Notes: generated by a model from the sequence alone, not told the origin. Numbered from the stretch's first letter, positions 8,980-18,605 are shown. The stretch is 56,789 nucleotides of DNA from Eubacteriales bacterium (GCA_045532575.1 JAZSGE010000016.1:1-56789), one strand, 5' to 3'. Translations and numbers: made by a program.

Positions 8980-11382
8980 ATGAAATACGATTTTGCCGCC
9001 ACAGAGAAAAAGTGGCAACAGCGTTGGGATGCGGAAGGGGCCTTTCTGGCCGAGGACAAGAGCGATAAGCCGAAGTTTTACGCCCTTGTCGAGTTCCCGT
9101 ACCCCAGCGGCTCGGGGATGCACGTCGGCCATATCAAGGCCTATTCGGGTCTTGAGGTCATCAGCCGCAAGCGCCGGATGCAGGGCTATAACGTCCTCTT
9201 CCCCATCGGCTTTGACGCCTTCGGCCTGCCGACCGAAAACTACGCCATCAAAACCGGGACCCATCCCCGCACGGTGACCGACCGCAACATCCAGCGCTTT
9301 ACCGAGCAGCTCCGCCGTGTCGGCTTCTCCTTCGATTGGAGCCGTGTCGTCGATACCACCGAGGAGGACTACTACAAGTGGACCCAGTGGATCTTCCTCA
9401 AGATGTTCGATGCCGGCCTCGTCTTCCGTGATCAGGCCCTTGTCAACTACTGCCCCTCCTGTAAGGTGGTGCTCTCGAATGAGGACAGCCAGGGCGGCAA
9501 GTGCGATATCTGCAAGAGCGACGTTGTCCAGAAGTCGAAGGACGTCTGGTACCTGCGCATCACGCGCTACGCCGATAAGCTCCTTGCGGGGCTGGATGAC
9601 GTTGACTACCTACCGAACGTCCGTCAGCAGCAGATCAACTGGATCGGCAAATCGACGGGTGCCTTTGTGAACTTCCCGCTTGAGGGGAAGGAGGACATGC
9701 TCCGCATCTACACGACCCGTCCCGATACCCTCTACGGTGTCACCTTCATGGTCGTGGCGCCCGAGCATCCGCTCATCGACAAGTACGCCGCCTCGATCGG
9801 CAACATGGCCGAGGTCGAGGCCTACCGCGAGATGTGCGCCAAGAAGACCGAGTTCGAGCGCACCCAGCTCGTCAAGGACAAGACCGGTGTCCGCCTTGAG
9901 GGCTTCACCGCGAAGAACCCCATCTCGGGCGAGAGCATTCCCGTCTACATCGCCGACTACGTTATGATGGGCTACGGCACGGGTGCCATCATGGCCGTGC
10001 CGGCGCACGACGAGCGTGGCTACGACTTTGCCAAGAAGTTCGGCATCGACATCATCGAGGTCATCAAGGGCGGCGATATTGAGAAGGCCGCCTATACCGG
10101 CGACGGCGAGATGGTGAACTCGGGCTTCCTGAACAGCTACACCAACAAGCAGGATTCGATCGCCCGTATGATCGAGGAGCTTGAGAAGCTCGGCGTTGGT
10201 GAGGGCGGTGTCCAGTATAAGATGAAGGACTGGGCCTTCAACCGTCAGCGCTATTGGGGCGAGCCGATCCCGATCGTGCATTGCCCGACCTGTGGCATGG
10301 TCCCCGTGCCCTATGAGGAGCTTCCCCTCCGCCTGCCCGCCGTTGAAAACTTCGAGCCCGGCGAGGGCGGTGAATCTCCGCTTGCCAAGATCGACTCCTT
10401 TGTGCGGTGCTCCTGCCCGAGATGCGGCAAGGAGGCACGCCGTGAGACCGATACGATGCCCCAGTGGGCCGGCTCCTCGTGGTACTTCCTCCGCTACATC
10501 GACCCGAAGAATGCCGAGGCGCTCGCCGACCCCGAGAAGCTTGCGTATTGGCTCCCCGTTGACTGGTACAACGGCGGTATGGAGCACGTCACGCGCCACA
10601 TGATCTACTCGCGCTTCTGGCATAGTTTTCTTTACGACATCGGCGCTGTTCCGACCAAGGAGCCCTACGCAAAGCGTACGGCGCAGGGTCTGATCCTCGG
10701 TCCCGACGGTGACAAAATGTCGAAGTCGAAGGGCAACGTCGTTGACCCGCTCGACATCGTGAACGAGTACGGTGCCGACGTCCTCCGCACCTACGTCCTC
10801 TTCATGGGTGACTACGCCTCGGCCGCTCCCTGGAACGAGAACTCGGTGCGCGGCTGCCGTCGCTTCCTCGACCGTGTCGCCGATCTGCGCGACCTTACGA
10901 AGGGCGAGGGTGCCACGCCGGCGCTCGAGTCGGCCTTCCACAAGACGGTCAAGAAGGTGTCCTCCGACTTTGAGGAGATGAAGTTCAACACCGCGATCGC
11001 CGCGATGATGGAGCTGCTCAACAAGATCTACGAGGTCGGCACGCTGACGCGCGACGAGCTCCTGACCTTCGCCTCGCTTCTCTGCCCTGTGGCCCCCCAC
11101 CTCGCCGAGGAGCTGAATGAGTGGCTCGGCAACACGACCCTCCTCTCGCTCTCGGCCTGGCCGACCTATGACGAGGCCAAGACGGTGGATGCGACGGTCG
11201 AGGTCGCCGTCCAGATCAACGGTAAGCTGCGCGATGTCATCGCCCTGCCGCTGAACTGCGAGCGCGAGGCCGCCATTGCCGCGGCAAAGGCCCTCCCGAA
11301 GGTCGCCGAGGCGATCGCGGGTAAGACGATCGTCAAGGAGATCGCCGTGCCTAATAAGATCGTCAACATCGTTGTGAAATAA
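8980..11382 (+). CDS. leuS: Leucine--tRNA ligase
   Basis: FPYPSG.GMHVGH (HIGH), YTTRPDT CP1 motif, RQRYWG, KMSKSKGN and C-terminal VQINGKLR. Confidence 0.97.
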   Translation: MKYDFAATEKKWQQRWDAEGAFLAEDKSDKPKFYALVEFPYPSGSGMHVGHIKAYSGLEVISRKRRMQGYNVLFPIGFDAFGLPTENYAIKTGTHPRTVTDRNIQRFTEQLRRVGFSFDWSRVVDTTEEDYYKWTQWIFLKMFDAGLVFRDQALVNYCPSCKVVLSNEDSQGGKCDICKSDVVQKSKDVWYLRITRYADKLLAGLDDVDYLPNVRQQQINWIGKSTGAFVNFPLEGKEDMLRIYTTRPDTLYGVTFMVVAPEHPLIDKYAASIGNMAEVEAYREMCAKKTEFERTQLVKDKTGVRLEGFTAKNPISGESIPVYIADYVMMGYGTGAIMAVPAHDERGYDFAKKFGIDIIEVIKGGDIEKAAYTGDGEMVNSGFLNSYTNKQDSIARMIEELEKLGVGEGGVQYKMKDWAFNRQRYWGEPIPIVHCPTCGMVPVPYEELPLRLPAVENFEPGEGGESPLAKIDSFVRCSCPRCGKEARRETDTMPQWAGSSWYFLRYIDPKNAEALADPEKLAYWLPVDWYNGGMEHVTRHMIYSRFWHSFLYDIGAVPTKEPYAKRTAQGLILGPDGDKMSKSKGNVVDPLDIVNEYGADVLRTYVLFMGDYASAAPWNENSVRGCRRFLDRVADLRDLTKGEGATPALESAFHKTVKKVSSDFEEMKFNTAIAAMMELLNKIYEVGTLTRDELLTFASLLCPVAPHLAEELNEWLGNTTLLSLSAWPTYDEAKTVDATVEVAVQINGKLRDVIALPLNCEREAAIAAAKALPKVAEAIAGKTIVKEIAVPNKIVNIVVK

Positions 11383-11412
11383 GGGCTGCGGATTTAGGCA
11401 TAACCGCAAAGG

Positions 11413-11449
11413 AAAAGAGGTATTTGGTTCTACCAAGTACCTCTTTTTT
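11413..11449. terminator. Bidirectional terminator leuS/deoR
   Basis: AAAAGAGGTATTTGGT-tct-ACCAAGTACCTCTTTT. Confidence 0.8.
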
Positions 11450-11479
11450 ATTGCCTCGCTTTGTTTTTATCTTTCTTAT

Positions 11480-12172
11480 TTACTGTGCTGTAATGATCTC
11501 CACCTCGTCGCTCCGGCAAAGAGTGTAGAGGTATTTCTGCCCAAACTTTCCCTTCTCAAAGAGAAAGACCGAGCGGCGGGCGTTCTTCATTACGGCGAGG
11601 CGGACGCCCCCCTGCTCGGGGGTGCTGTCCGAGATGATGCCGTCCTCGGAAATCCCCTGCGCCGAGAAAAAGCCGATATCGACATTAAGGTCCAGGGCAC
11701 AGCGCTCGGCCATAGGGCCGACGAGGCACATATCGCGCTCGTAATACTCTCCCCCGATCAGAAGGCAGGGGATGTGCAGCTTTTCGGCGCCAAGAAGCGC
11801 CGCCACCGAGTTGGTGATGACGCGGATGCCCTCATGCTTTTTGATATGGGGAAGAAGGTACTGGGCGGTCGAGGAGCTGTCGATGTAGACCGAGAGGCCA
11901 TCGGCAAGGAGAGGGGCGGCGGCAAGGGCGAGGGCGCGTTTTTCCTCCTCCTCGAGATAGTGGCGCTCGGCCACCGGCAGGGTCTCCTTCGGCGGATTGA
12001 GGACGGCGCCGCCGCGATATCGGCGGAGGAAGCCCTGCTGCTCCATTTCGGTCAGGTCGCGCCGCACCGTCATCTCGGAAACATAGAGCGCCGAGGCGAG
12101 CTCGGCGACCGAGACACGCTTTTTCTCACAGAGAAGATCAAAGATCTCCTTCTTCCGTCCGTCCAGCTTCAT
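11480..12172 (-). CDS. DeoR/GlpR family transcriptional regulator
   Basis: VSEMTVRRDL HTH, R.RGGA, IDSSST and VITNS. Confidence 0.93.
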   Translation of the reverse strand: MKLDGRKKEIFDLLCEKKRVSVAELASALYVSEMTVRRDLTEMEQQGFLRRYRGGAVLNPPKETLPVAERHYLEEEEKRALALAAAPLLADGLSVYIDSSSTAQYLLPHIKKHEGIRVITNSVAALLGAEKLHIPCLLIGGEYYERDMCLVGPMAERCALDLNVDIGFFSAQGISEDGIISDSTPEQGGVRLAVMKNARRSVFLFEKGKFGQKYLYTLCRSDEVEIITAQ

Positions 12173-12225
12173 GATGCCCTCCCTTGTTCGGCCAAATGTT
12201 AGTTTTCAAACATTTCGAACAATAC

Positions 12226-12280
12226 TTGCGTTCTTAATGTTCATACGCTATAATTATAGCGTAAATCAAAAGTTTGTCAA
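12226..12280. promoter_or_regulatory. Overlapping bidirectional promoters sharing a palindromic -10 region
   Basis: + strand TTGCGT(12226)-17-TATAAT(12249); - strand TTGACA(12280)-16-TATAAT(12258); 20-bp palindrome 12244-12263. Confidence 0.75.
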
Positions 12281-12292
12281 TAGGAGCCTTCT

Positions 12293-12841
12293 ATGATCAC
12301 CTCCACCGACGCCCCGTGGTACCCCTTTCTCATCGAAGGGCTGGGTGCCATCGGCATTCTCGCCGCCATCATCGCCTTCCAATGCAAAAAGCACCGCGGC
12401 GTAATGTTCTGGCGCACGATGAACGAGACCTTCTTCGGGATCCAATTCCTTCTGCTCGGCGCCTATACAGGGCTGGCCATGAACCTTGTGGGGTGCGTGC
12501 GGAACGTGCTCTTTGCCGTCAATGTCGAGAAGGGGAGGAGCAACCGCCCCCTCATCCTCGTCTTCAGCACGCTCTTCACCGTCTTCGGGATCCTGACGTG
12601 GCAGGGGCCGAAGAGCCTCCTCGTCATCGGTGCCAAGATCATCTCCACAAGCGCCTACGGCAACAAGAACCTTCTCCTCGTCCGCTCGTGCATCCTCATA
12701 ACGGCCACCAGCTGGCTGATCTACGATCTTCTCGTCGGCTCGGTGTCGGGCGCGATCTGCGAATCCTTCACCCTCGCTTCGCTCGTCGTGGGCATCGTGC
12801 GGTGCGATCTTCTCCCTCGTCTGCGGAGAAAGGACACCTGA
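12293..12841 (+). CDS. YgjV family inner membrane protein
   Basis: Multi-TM; AFQCKK, QFLLLGAYTG..MN....RN, WLIYD and G.ICE are characteristic of YgjV. Confidence 0.8.
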   Translation: MITSTDAPWYPFLIEGLGAIGILAAIIAFQCKKHRGVMFWRTMNETFFGIQFLLLGAYTGLAMNLVGCVRNVLFAVNVEKGRSNRPLILVFSTLFTVFGILTWQGPKSLLVIGAKIISTSAYGNKNLLLVRSCILITATSWLIYDLLVGSVSGAICESFTLASLVVGIVRCDLLPRLRRKDT

Positions 12842-12869
12842 TGTTGCGTTTGCGCAGTTCCCATCAAAT

Positions 12870-12901
12870 AAAAAAAGAAGGTGCTTTCGCACCTTCTTTT
12901 T
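12870..12901. terminator. Bidirectional terminator
   Basis: AAAAAAGAAGGTGC-tttc-GCACCTTCTTTTT. Confidence 0.8.
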
Positions 12902-12908
12902 GTTAGGT

Positions 12909-14594
12909 TTAGTTTACAGAAAATTCGAAGATCTCGCGGATGCCCGCCGTATCGGTCGGGAGCGAGGTAATGATGACGGTATCCCCCGCCTCAAGGAGCA
13001 GGAGGATCTCGGCCTCCTTGCGGAAGGCCATTCTGTACAGAGTACGGCTACCACCGGCAGGCGTGCCCACAAGGTAGACCATCGTCATTCCGTCCGTCGG
13101 AAGGAAGCGTACCTCCTCGACCGTAACGGTCTCGGTGACGGCGCTCGAGGCATCCGAGGTGTCGATGCCGGCCTGCGAGAGGAGCCGCGTATAGGCGGCG
13201 ACCGCCTCGGCCTGGGTCTCGCCCGTTGCCACGATGTTGTACTGCTCCACGTTAACGAGGGCATAGAGCTTCACAAGCCCGCCGGCATCCTTGAGCACCA
13301 TGATGTAGGACGGCTCGTTCGCAATGTTGACAAGGGCCGGGAAGGAGGCAACGTAGCGCTTCTCCTGCACCTCACCCTCGGCCGCGGCCATCGCCGAATG
13401 CTCCTCGGCGCCGTTGACGGGGTAGTACTTGTATTCGCCGGTACGGGCATTGGACAGGATGAAGCCGATGTTCGAGGCATCCTCGCTGACCGAGGTAACG
13501 CCGGTGAAGTACCAGACGTCGTTATCGAGCATCAGATAGCCGAAATCGTCGGTCGTCTGCTTACAGCCGCGCTTGGCAAAGAGGCTATTGATAAAGCCGC
13601 CGGCCAGGGTCCCCTGCCAATCGTACTTCCGGCAGACGAGATCGCCGTGATACACGATGTCGATCCAGGTCGGCACCTCGCCGAGGGCCAGCATCTCGTG
13701 CGTGCCGTCGACAGGGTCAAAGAGGATGACCTCGGAGACGTCCATCGCGCCGAAGAGCCCGACCTGCGGCTTCATGCAGGGGACAACGTAGTAGGGGTGC
13801 CCCTCCTCGTTGACCTCAAAACTGAAATTGCCGAAGATCTTGGTGGGATAGGCAAAGCGCAGGGCGCGCTCAAGATCCTGTCCGAAGAGGGCGCTCTCGG
13901 TATAGCGGATGCCCTTCCCCTCGGGGAGCTTCACATACTCGGCAAAGTTTTGGACCGCATCCACCATGATATAGCCGGGGATGCCGGTGTCCTTGTTGTT
14001 GAGCCACTTGAAGAAGCCGTCGTACTCGAGCGAGGCGACCTTCTTCGGGATGCTGTGGTAGTTGATCTGCGTGTAATTCTCGCTGACGATGAACTGCGAA
14101 ACGACATCGGCCAGCTCACCGAGCTTGCGCGTGCCGAGGATGCGTGCCGAATCGGTGTCAAGCAGGGCGATGTTCGTGACCTCGTCGGTCCTCGGCATAT
14201 CGGTGACAAAATCCCGCTCATTGACCGTGATAACGCCGGCATAGCGACGGGCATTGAAGGCAGTCGAGGAGAGGATGCCGCCGACAACGAGGACGAGGAC
14301 AAGCCCTGCGGCGATGCCGATGAAGATCTTCCCCGCAAGCGTCTTGTGCAGGAGGAGCTTGACCTCCTTCTTCCCCTTCTTATCCGTATTTATCTGGAAG
14401 AAGGTGTCACGGAAAAGGGCCAGCCCGAGAGCGGCCGCGAGCAGGACTGTCGAGAAGATCAGAAAGCCCCAGAAGTCCTTGCTGTAAAAATTCAGCGGCG
14501 GCAGGGTCACGTAGAAGATGAGGAATTCGACAAGCAGCCAGGCAACGAGGGCCATGGCCAGCTTGACATAGGTGTTTTTCAGTGCGTTTTTCAT
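12909..14594 (-). CDS. Conserved hypothetical membrane-anchored protein (3 N-terminal TM helices, large extracellular region)
   Basis: Strong RBS, coding-like codon bias, hydrophobic N-terminus; 12 bp downstream of GS-III. Confidence 0.8.
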   Translation of the reverse strand: MKNALKNTYVKLAMALVAWLLVEFLIFYVTLPPLNFYSKDFWGFLIFSTVLLAAALGLALFRDTFFQINTDKKGKKEVKLLLHKTLAGKIFIGIAAGLVLVLVVGGILSSTAFNARRYAGVITVNERDFVTDMPRTDEVTNIALLDTDSARILGTRKLGELADVVSQFIVSENYTQINYHSIPKKVASLEYDGFFKWLNNKDTGIPGYIMVDAVQNFAEYVKLPEGKGIRYTESALFGQDLERALRFAYPTKIFGNFSFEVNEEGHPYYVVPCMKPQVGLFGAMDVSEVILFDPVDGTHEMLALGEVPTWIDIVYHGDLVCRKYDWQGTLAGGFINSLFAKRGCKQTTDDFGYLMLDNDVWYFTGVTSVSEDASNIGFILSNARTGEYKYYPVNGAEEHSAMAAAEGEVQEKRYVASFPALVNIANEPSYIMVLKDAGGLVKLYALVNVEQYNIVATGETQAEAVAAYTRLLSQAGIDTSDASSAVTETVTVEEVRFLPTDGMTMVYLVGTPAGGSRTLYRMAFRKEAEILLLLEAGDTVIITSLPTDTAGIREIFEFSVN

Positions 14595-14606
14595 TGATCT
14601 TCTCCT

Positions 14607-16694
14607 TTAGTAAAAGAGCATCTCCGTATAGGACGGATAGGGGTAGACCCCCTCGGGCATCACGATCTCCATCGCATCGACCTCAGCGCGCAGGGCCTCC
14701 ATCAGAGGCAGGACCTCGTCGGCAAAGGCGCGGGCGGCATCGGCATGATCGGCACGGCGGAAGACCTCGTCGGTCAAGACCTCAAGCTGATCCGAGAGGG
14801 AGGCCGCCTTGGCCAGATGCTCCGAGATGCGCCGGCACAGGGTGCGCTCATAGGCGGCATCCACCCCGATGGTCTCCTTGCGGGCGGCGGCGGCGGCCAG
14901 ATCATCGGAATACGCCACAGCGGCGGGCGCCAGCTCACGGCGGAGCATCTCGACCATCGTCAGCGACTCGATGTGCACCGTCTTGATATAGCTCTCATAG
15001 AGGATCTCGGTGCGCGAGGCCAGCTCCTCCCGCGTGAAGATGCCATGACGGGCAAAGAGGGCTACATTCTCATCATCAAGATAATGCGAGATGGCCTCGG
15101 CTGTCGTGCGGCGCTCGGCAAGGCCGCGGGCGGCGGCCTCCTGTCTCCATTCCTCGGAGTAGCCGTTCCCGTTGAAGATGATACGGCGGTGGGCCTTGTA
15201 GGTATTTCCGATCAGTCGTCCGATGGCGGCCGGGAGGTCCTTCGCTCCCTCAAGCTCATCCGAGAAGCGGTCGAGGATATCGGCAACGGCGGTGTTCAGG
15301 ATGATGTTCGGGCCGGCGACGCTTGCCGACGAGCCGAGCATACGGAACTCGAACTTGTTGCCCGTGAAGGCAAAGGGCGAGGTGCGGTTGCGGTCGGAAT
15401 TATCCTTCGGGATCTTCGGCAGGACCGAGGCCCCGATATCCATCATTGACTTTTTCTTTTTGGTGTATTCGATATGCCCGTCGGCAATATCCTCAAGCAC
15501 GCTCTCAAGGTCCTCGCCGAGGAAGACCGAGAGGATGGCCGGGGGCGCCTCGTAGCCGCCAAGGCGGCAGTCATTCGCGGCCGAGGCCACCGAGATGCGG
15601 AGCAGGTCGGCGTACTCGTCAACGGCGGCGATGACCGCCGTCAGGAAGAGGAAGAAGCGCATGATCTCCTCGGGCGTTTTGCCGGGGCGAAGGAGGTTCT
15701 TGCCGTCGGTCGTCGAGAGCGACCAGTTGTTGTGCTTACCGCTGCCGTTGACACCGGCAAAGGGCTTTTCGTGCAGAAGGCAGACGAGCCCGTGGCGCGC
15801 CGCCACCTTCTTCATCATCTCCATCGTCAGCTGGTTGTGGTCGCAGGCGATGTTGGTGGTGGCAAAGACGGGGGCCAACTCATGCTGGGCGGGCGCCGCC
15901 TCGTTATGCTCGGTCTTGGCCGTTACGCCGAGACGCCACAGCTCCATGTCGAGATCGTCCATAAAGGCCTTGACGTTCGGGCGGATGGCACCGAAATAGT
16001 GATCGTCAAGCTCCTGGCCCTTCGGGGGACGCGCACCGAAGAGGGTGCGGCCGCAGAGGCGCAGGTCGCGCCGCTCGCGGAAGAGCTCGTAGGGGATCAG
16101 AAAATACTCCTGCTCGGCACCGACGGTCGTCGTCACGCGCGCCGGCTGCCCCAAGATCGAAAGCAGGCGCTGGGCGGCACGGGACACGCAGTCCATCGAG
16201 CGGAGGAGCGGTGTCTTTTTATCAAGGACGGCACCGCCGAACGAGCAGAACACGGTCGGGATATAGAGCGTCCCCTCCTTGACGAAGGCAGGCGAGGTCG
16301 GGTCCCACGCCGTGTAGCCGCGCGCCTCGAAGGTCGCGCGCAGACCGCCGTTCGGGAAGGAGGAGGCATCGGGCTCACCCTTGATGAGGGTCTTGCCCGA
16401 GAATTCCATCAGGATCTTCCCCTCGCCCGCAGGCTCAAGGAAGCTGTCGTGCTTCTCGGCGGTGATGCCGGTCATCGGCTGGAACCAATGCGTAAAGTGG
16501 GTCGCCCCGCGCTCCATGGCCCACACCTTCATAGCGTCGGCCACCGCATCGGCGATCTCCCCCGTCATCGGCTCCCCGTTGTCGGTCGTCTTTTTGAGTG
16601 CATCGTAGATCTCGGGCGCGAGGGCCTTTCTCATAGCCTCGTCCCCGAACACCATCTCTCCGAATATCTTAGGAAGAAGGGCGGCGTTTTCCAT
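14607..16694 (-). CDS. glnA: Glutamine synthetase type III
   Basis: THWFQP.TG.TAEKHD, GEPDASSFPNGGLRATFEARGY, HEKPFAGVNGSGKHNNWS and DRNRTSPFAFTGNKFEFR. Confidence 0.96.
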   Translation of the reverse strand: MENAALLPKIFGEMVFGDEAMRKALAPEIYDALKKTTDNGEPMTGEIADAVADAMKVWAMERGATHFTHWFQPMTGITAEKHDSFLEPAGEGKILMEFSGKTLIKGEPDASSFPNGGLRATFEARGYTAWDPTSPAFVKEGTLYIPTVFCSFGGAVLDKKTPLLRSMDCVSRAAQRLLSILGQPARVTTTVGAEQEYFLIPYELFRERRDLRLCGRTLFGARPPKGQELDDHYFGAIRPNVKAFMDDLDMELWRLGVTAKTEHNEAAPAQHELAPVFATTNIACDHNQLTMEMMKKVAARHGLVCLLHEKPFAGVNGSGKHNNWSLSTTDGKNLLRPGKTPEEIMRFFLFLTAVIAAVDEYADLLRISVASAANDCRLGGYEAPPAILSVFLGEDLESVLEDIADGHIEYTKKKKSMMDIGASVLPKIPKDNSDRNRTSPFAFTGNKFEFRMLGSSASVAGPNIILNTAVADILDRFSDELEGAKDLPAAIGRLIGNTYKAHRRIIFNGNGYSEEWRQEAAARGLAERRTTAEAISHYLDDENVALFARHGIFTREELASRTEILYESYIKTVHIESLTMVEMLRRELAPAAVAYSDDLAAAAARKETIGVDAAYERTLCRRISEHLAKAASLSDQLEVLTDEVFRRADHADAARAFADEVLPLMEALRAEVDAMEIVMPEGVYPYPSYTEMLFY

Positions 16695-16734
16695 ACGGTC
16701 TGTCTCCATTATAGCTAATATTTTACTATTATAC

Positions 16735-16819
16735 ATTATAGTGTATTCTCGCGTTTTGTCAAGAGTTTTCGGAAAAGCGGCGGTTTTCGATTGACAAAGC
16801 CTCCCATCTACAGTATAAT
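16735..16819. promoter_or_regulatory. Divergent sigma-A promoters (glnA / exonuclease)
   Basis: - strand TTGACA(16762)-16-TATAAT(16740); + strand TTGACA(16791)-17-TATAAT(16814). Confidence 0.8.
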
Positions 16820-16852
16820 GGATAGGTGAATATTTTTTGATTGAGGAACAGT

Positions 16853-17842
16853 ATGCATTACATCACTCTCGACCTGGAATGGAACCAGGCCTACCTCCAG
16901 CAGGCGCTCTCGGTGCAAAAGCGCATCGGCTCGCACCTGCACGGCGAGGTCATACAGATCGGTGCTGTCAAGCTCAACGAGGCAATGCAGATCGTCGGCA
17001 GCTACAGCATGATCGTCAAGCCGAAATTCTTCTGCAAGCTCCACCGCCATGTGCGCGATCTGACCGGCATCACCCAGAGCATGATCGACCACGGCACCCC
17101 CCTCCCCGAGGCCGCCGAGAGCTTCCGCCGCTTTTGTGGGCGTGACTTCGTGCTCCTGACCTGGGGGCCTGATGATGTGCCGATGCTCCGCGAGAATCTG
17201 ACGGCGCACCGTGTAAATTCCGAGTGGCTCGATTGCGATTACGACCTGCAAAGGATCTACAGCCGGCAGAGGGAGGGTGGCGCACAGAAGCAGCGCTCGC
17301 TCGAGTTTGCCATGGCGGCGCTCGGTGTCGAGCAGACCCTGCCTGCGCACGATGCCCTGAACGATGCCTACTTCACCGCCCTTGTCGGACAGAAGCTCGA
17401 GCTTGCCGAGGGCGTCCGCACGTACGGCGAGCGCGGCGAGGCCTTCCTCCTTGACAAGACCTACGGCGATGCCGATATCGGCGAGGTCGGCTATGAGAGC
17501 GTGGAGGCCATCCTCGCCTCTCCCGAGGCAGCTCTCCCCACCTGCCCCCTCTGCGGTGCCCCCCTGGCCACCATCGGCAAGATGCTCCACGGCCGCAGTC
17601 ACCGCTACCGCACCCTCCTCCATTGTGAGCATGACGGTGATCTCTTCTTAACGCTCAAGCTCTTCCCGAACCACGATGCCACCTTCCGCATGCGGAAGAT
17701 GCTCACGGTGGCCGACCCCGCCGAGTGCGAGGTCTACCGCAAGAAGCTCGAGGATGCCGCCGCCAAGCGCCGCCGCCGTCCGCGCCGCCGCCGTCGCCCC
17801 GCGGGTACCGCCGAGGCGCAGGCCGCCCCTGCGGCAGAATAA
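16853..17842 (+). CDS. DEDDh 3'-5' exonuclease (ERI1/KapD-like) with a C-terminal Zn-ribbon and Arg-rich tail
   Basis: LDLEWNQ, IQIGAV, WGPDD and AHDALNDA; CPLC...CEHD; KRRRRPRRRRR. Confidence 0.85.
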   Translation: MHYITLDLEWNQAYLQQALSVQKRIGSHLHGEVIQIGAVKLNEAMQIVGSYSMIVKPKFFCKLHRHVRDLTGITQSMIDHGTPLPEAAESFRRFCGRDFVLLTWGPDDVPMLRENLTAHRVNSEWLDCDYDLQRIYSRQREGGAQKQRSLEFAMAALGVEQTLPAHDALNDAYFTALVGQKLELAEGVRTYGERGEAFLLDKTYGDADIGEVGYESVEAILASPEAALPTCPLCGAPLATIGKMLHGRSHRYRTLLHCEHDGDLFLTLKLFPNHDATFRMRKMLTVADPAECEVYRKKLEDAAAKRRRRPRRRRRPAGTAEAQAAPAAE

Positions 17843-17944
17843 GGAAAGCCCTCCCACCGGAGGGCTTCTTATGTAAAGTATCGTTTCCATTATAGCAAAA
17901 AAGACGGGGCTACCCGCCTTTTTACAAGCGAAAGGAGCTGTCCA

Positions 17945-18394
17945 ATGAATTACAGGCTGCGCACCGCGACCGCCGAGGATCTGGCCGCCATCGCTCGCCT
18001 TGAGGCCGCCTGCTTTGATGACCCCTGGAGCGAGAGCGCGATTGCCTCGCACCTGGCATCGCCCGCAGGCCTTGCCTTCCTTGCTGTCGAGGGGGACGGC
18101 ACCGTCCTCGGGTACATTCTCGGGCTTACCCTTGGGGAGGAGAGCGAGCTGCTCCGCATCGGCGTCCTCCCCGAGTACCGCATCAAGGGCGTTGGCTGGA
18201 ATCTTGTCGATCACTTCCTTTTTAAGCTGATCCCCCTCGGCACCAAGGTCTGCTACCTTGAGGTGAGGAAAAGCAATTATGCGGCGCAGGCGCTCTACGA
18301 ATCCAACTGCTTCGTCGAGACCGGCACCCGCAAGCGCTACTACAAGAACCCGACCGAGGATGCCGTCATTATGGCCTACCGGTTCGGAAAATGA
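17945..18394 (+). CDS. rimI: Ribosomal protein S18 alanine N-acetyltransferase
   Basis: DPWS, LEVRKSN..AQALY, RKRYY.NP.EDA; adjacent to tsaD. Confidence 0.9.
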   Translation: MNYRLRTATAEDLAAIARLEAACFDDPWSESAIASHLASPAGLAFLAVEGDGTVLGYILGLTLGEESELLRIGVLPEYRIKGVGWNLVDHFLFKLIPLGTKVCYLEVRKSNYAAQALYESNCFVETGTRKRYYKNPTEDAVIMAYRFGK

Positions 18395-18430
18395 AGGAAG
18401 ACGCGCCGCGGCGCGTCTTCCTTCATTTTC
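18387..18430. repeat. Perfect 44-bp palindrome, probably a terminator
   Basis: GAAAATGAAGGAAGACGCGCCG|CGGCGCGTCTTCCTTCATTTTC with no spacer; includes the rimI stop codon. Confidence 0.9.
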
Positions 18431-18605
18431 AAAACGGGAGCTTGCCCTGCGCCCTCACCGAGGGCGCAGTATTTTCATCTTGACACCTCCTTCGCTTTCT
18501 ATTATAATATAAGGTGACTAATTGTCGGGTCGCGCACCGCACGGTGCCCCCCTTGCCATGTCACCGCGGCGCGGCCACCGCCCACCGCCATCTGTGAGGA
18601 TCACC

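Noticed and set aside
9610-11436. 608-aa - strand ORF
   Set aside because: Antisense shadow of leuS with no motifs
12900-14597. 565-aa + strand ORF
   Set aside because: Mirror of the - strand membrane protein gene, which has the RBS and operon context
18510-18605. ZTP (pfl) riboswitch
   Set aside because: GTGACT is present but the GACTGGCG and GCCTGGG conserved blocks are missing
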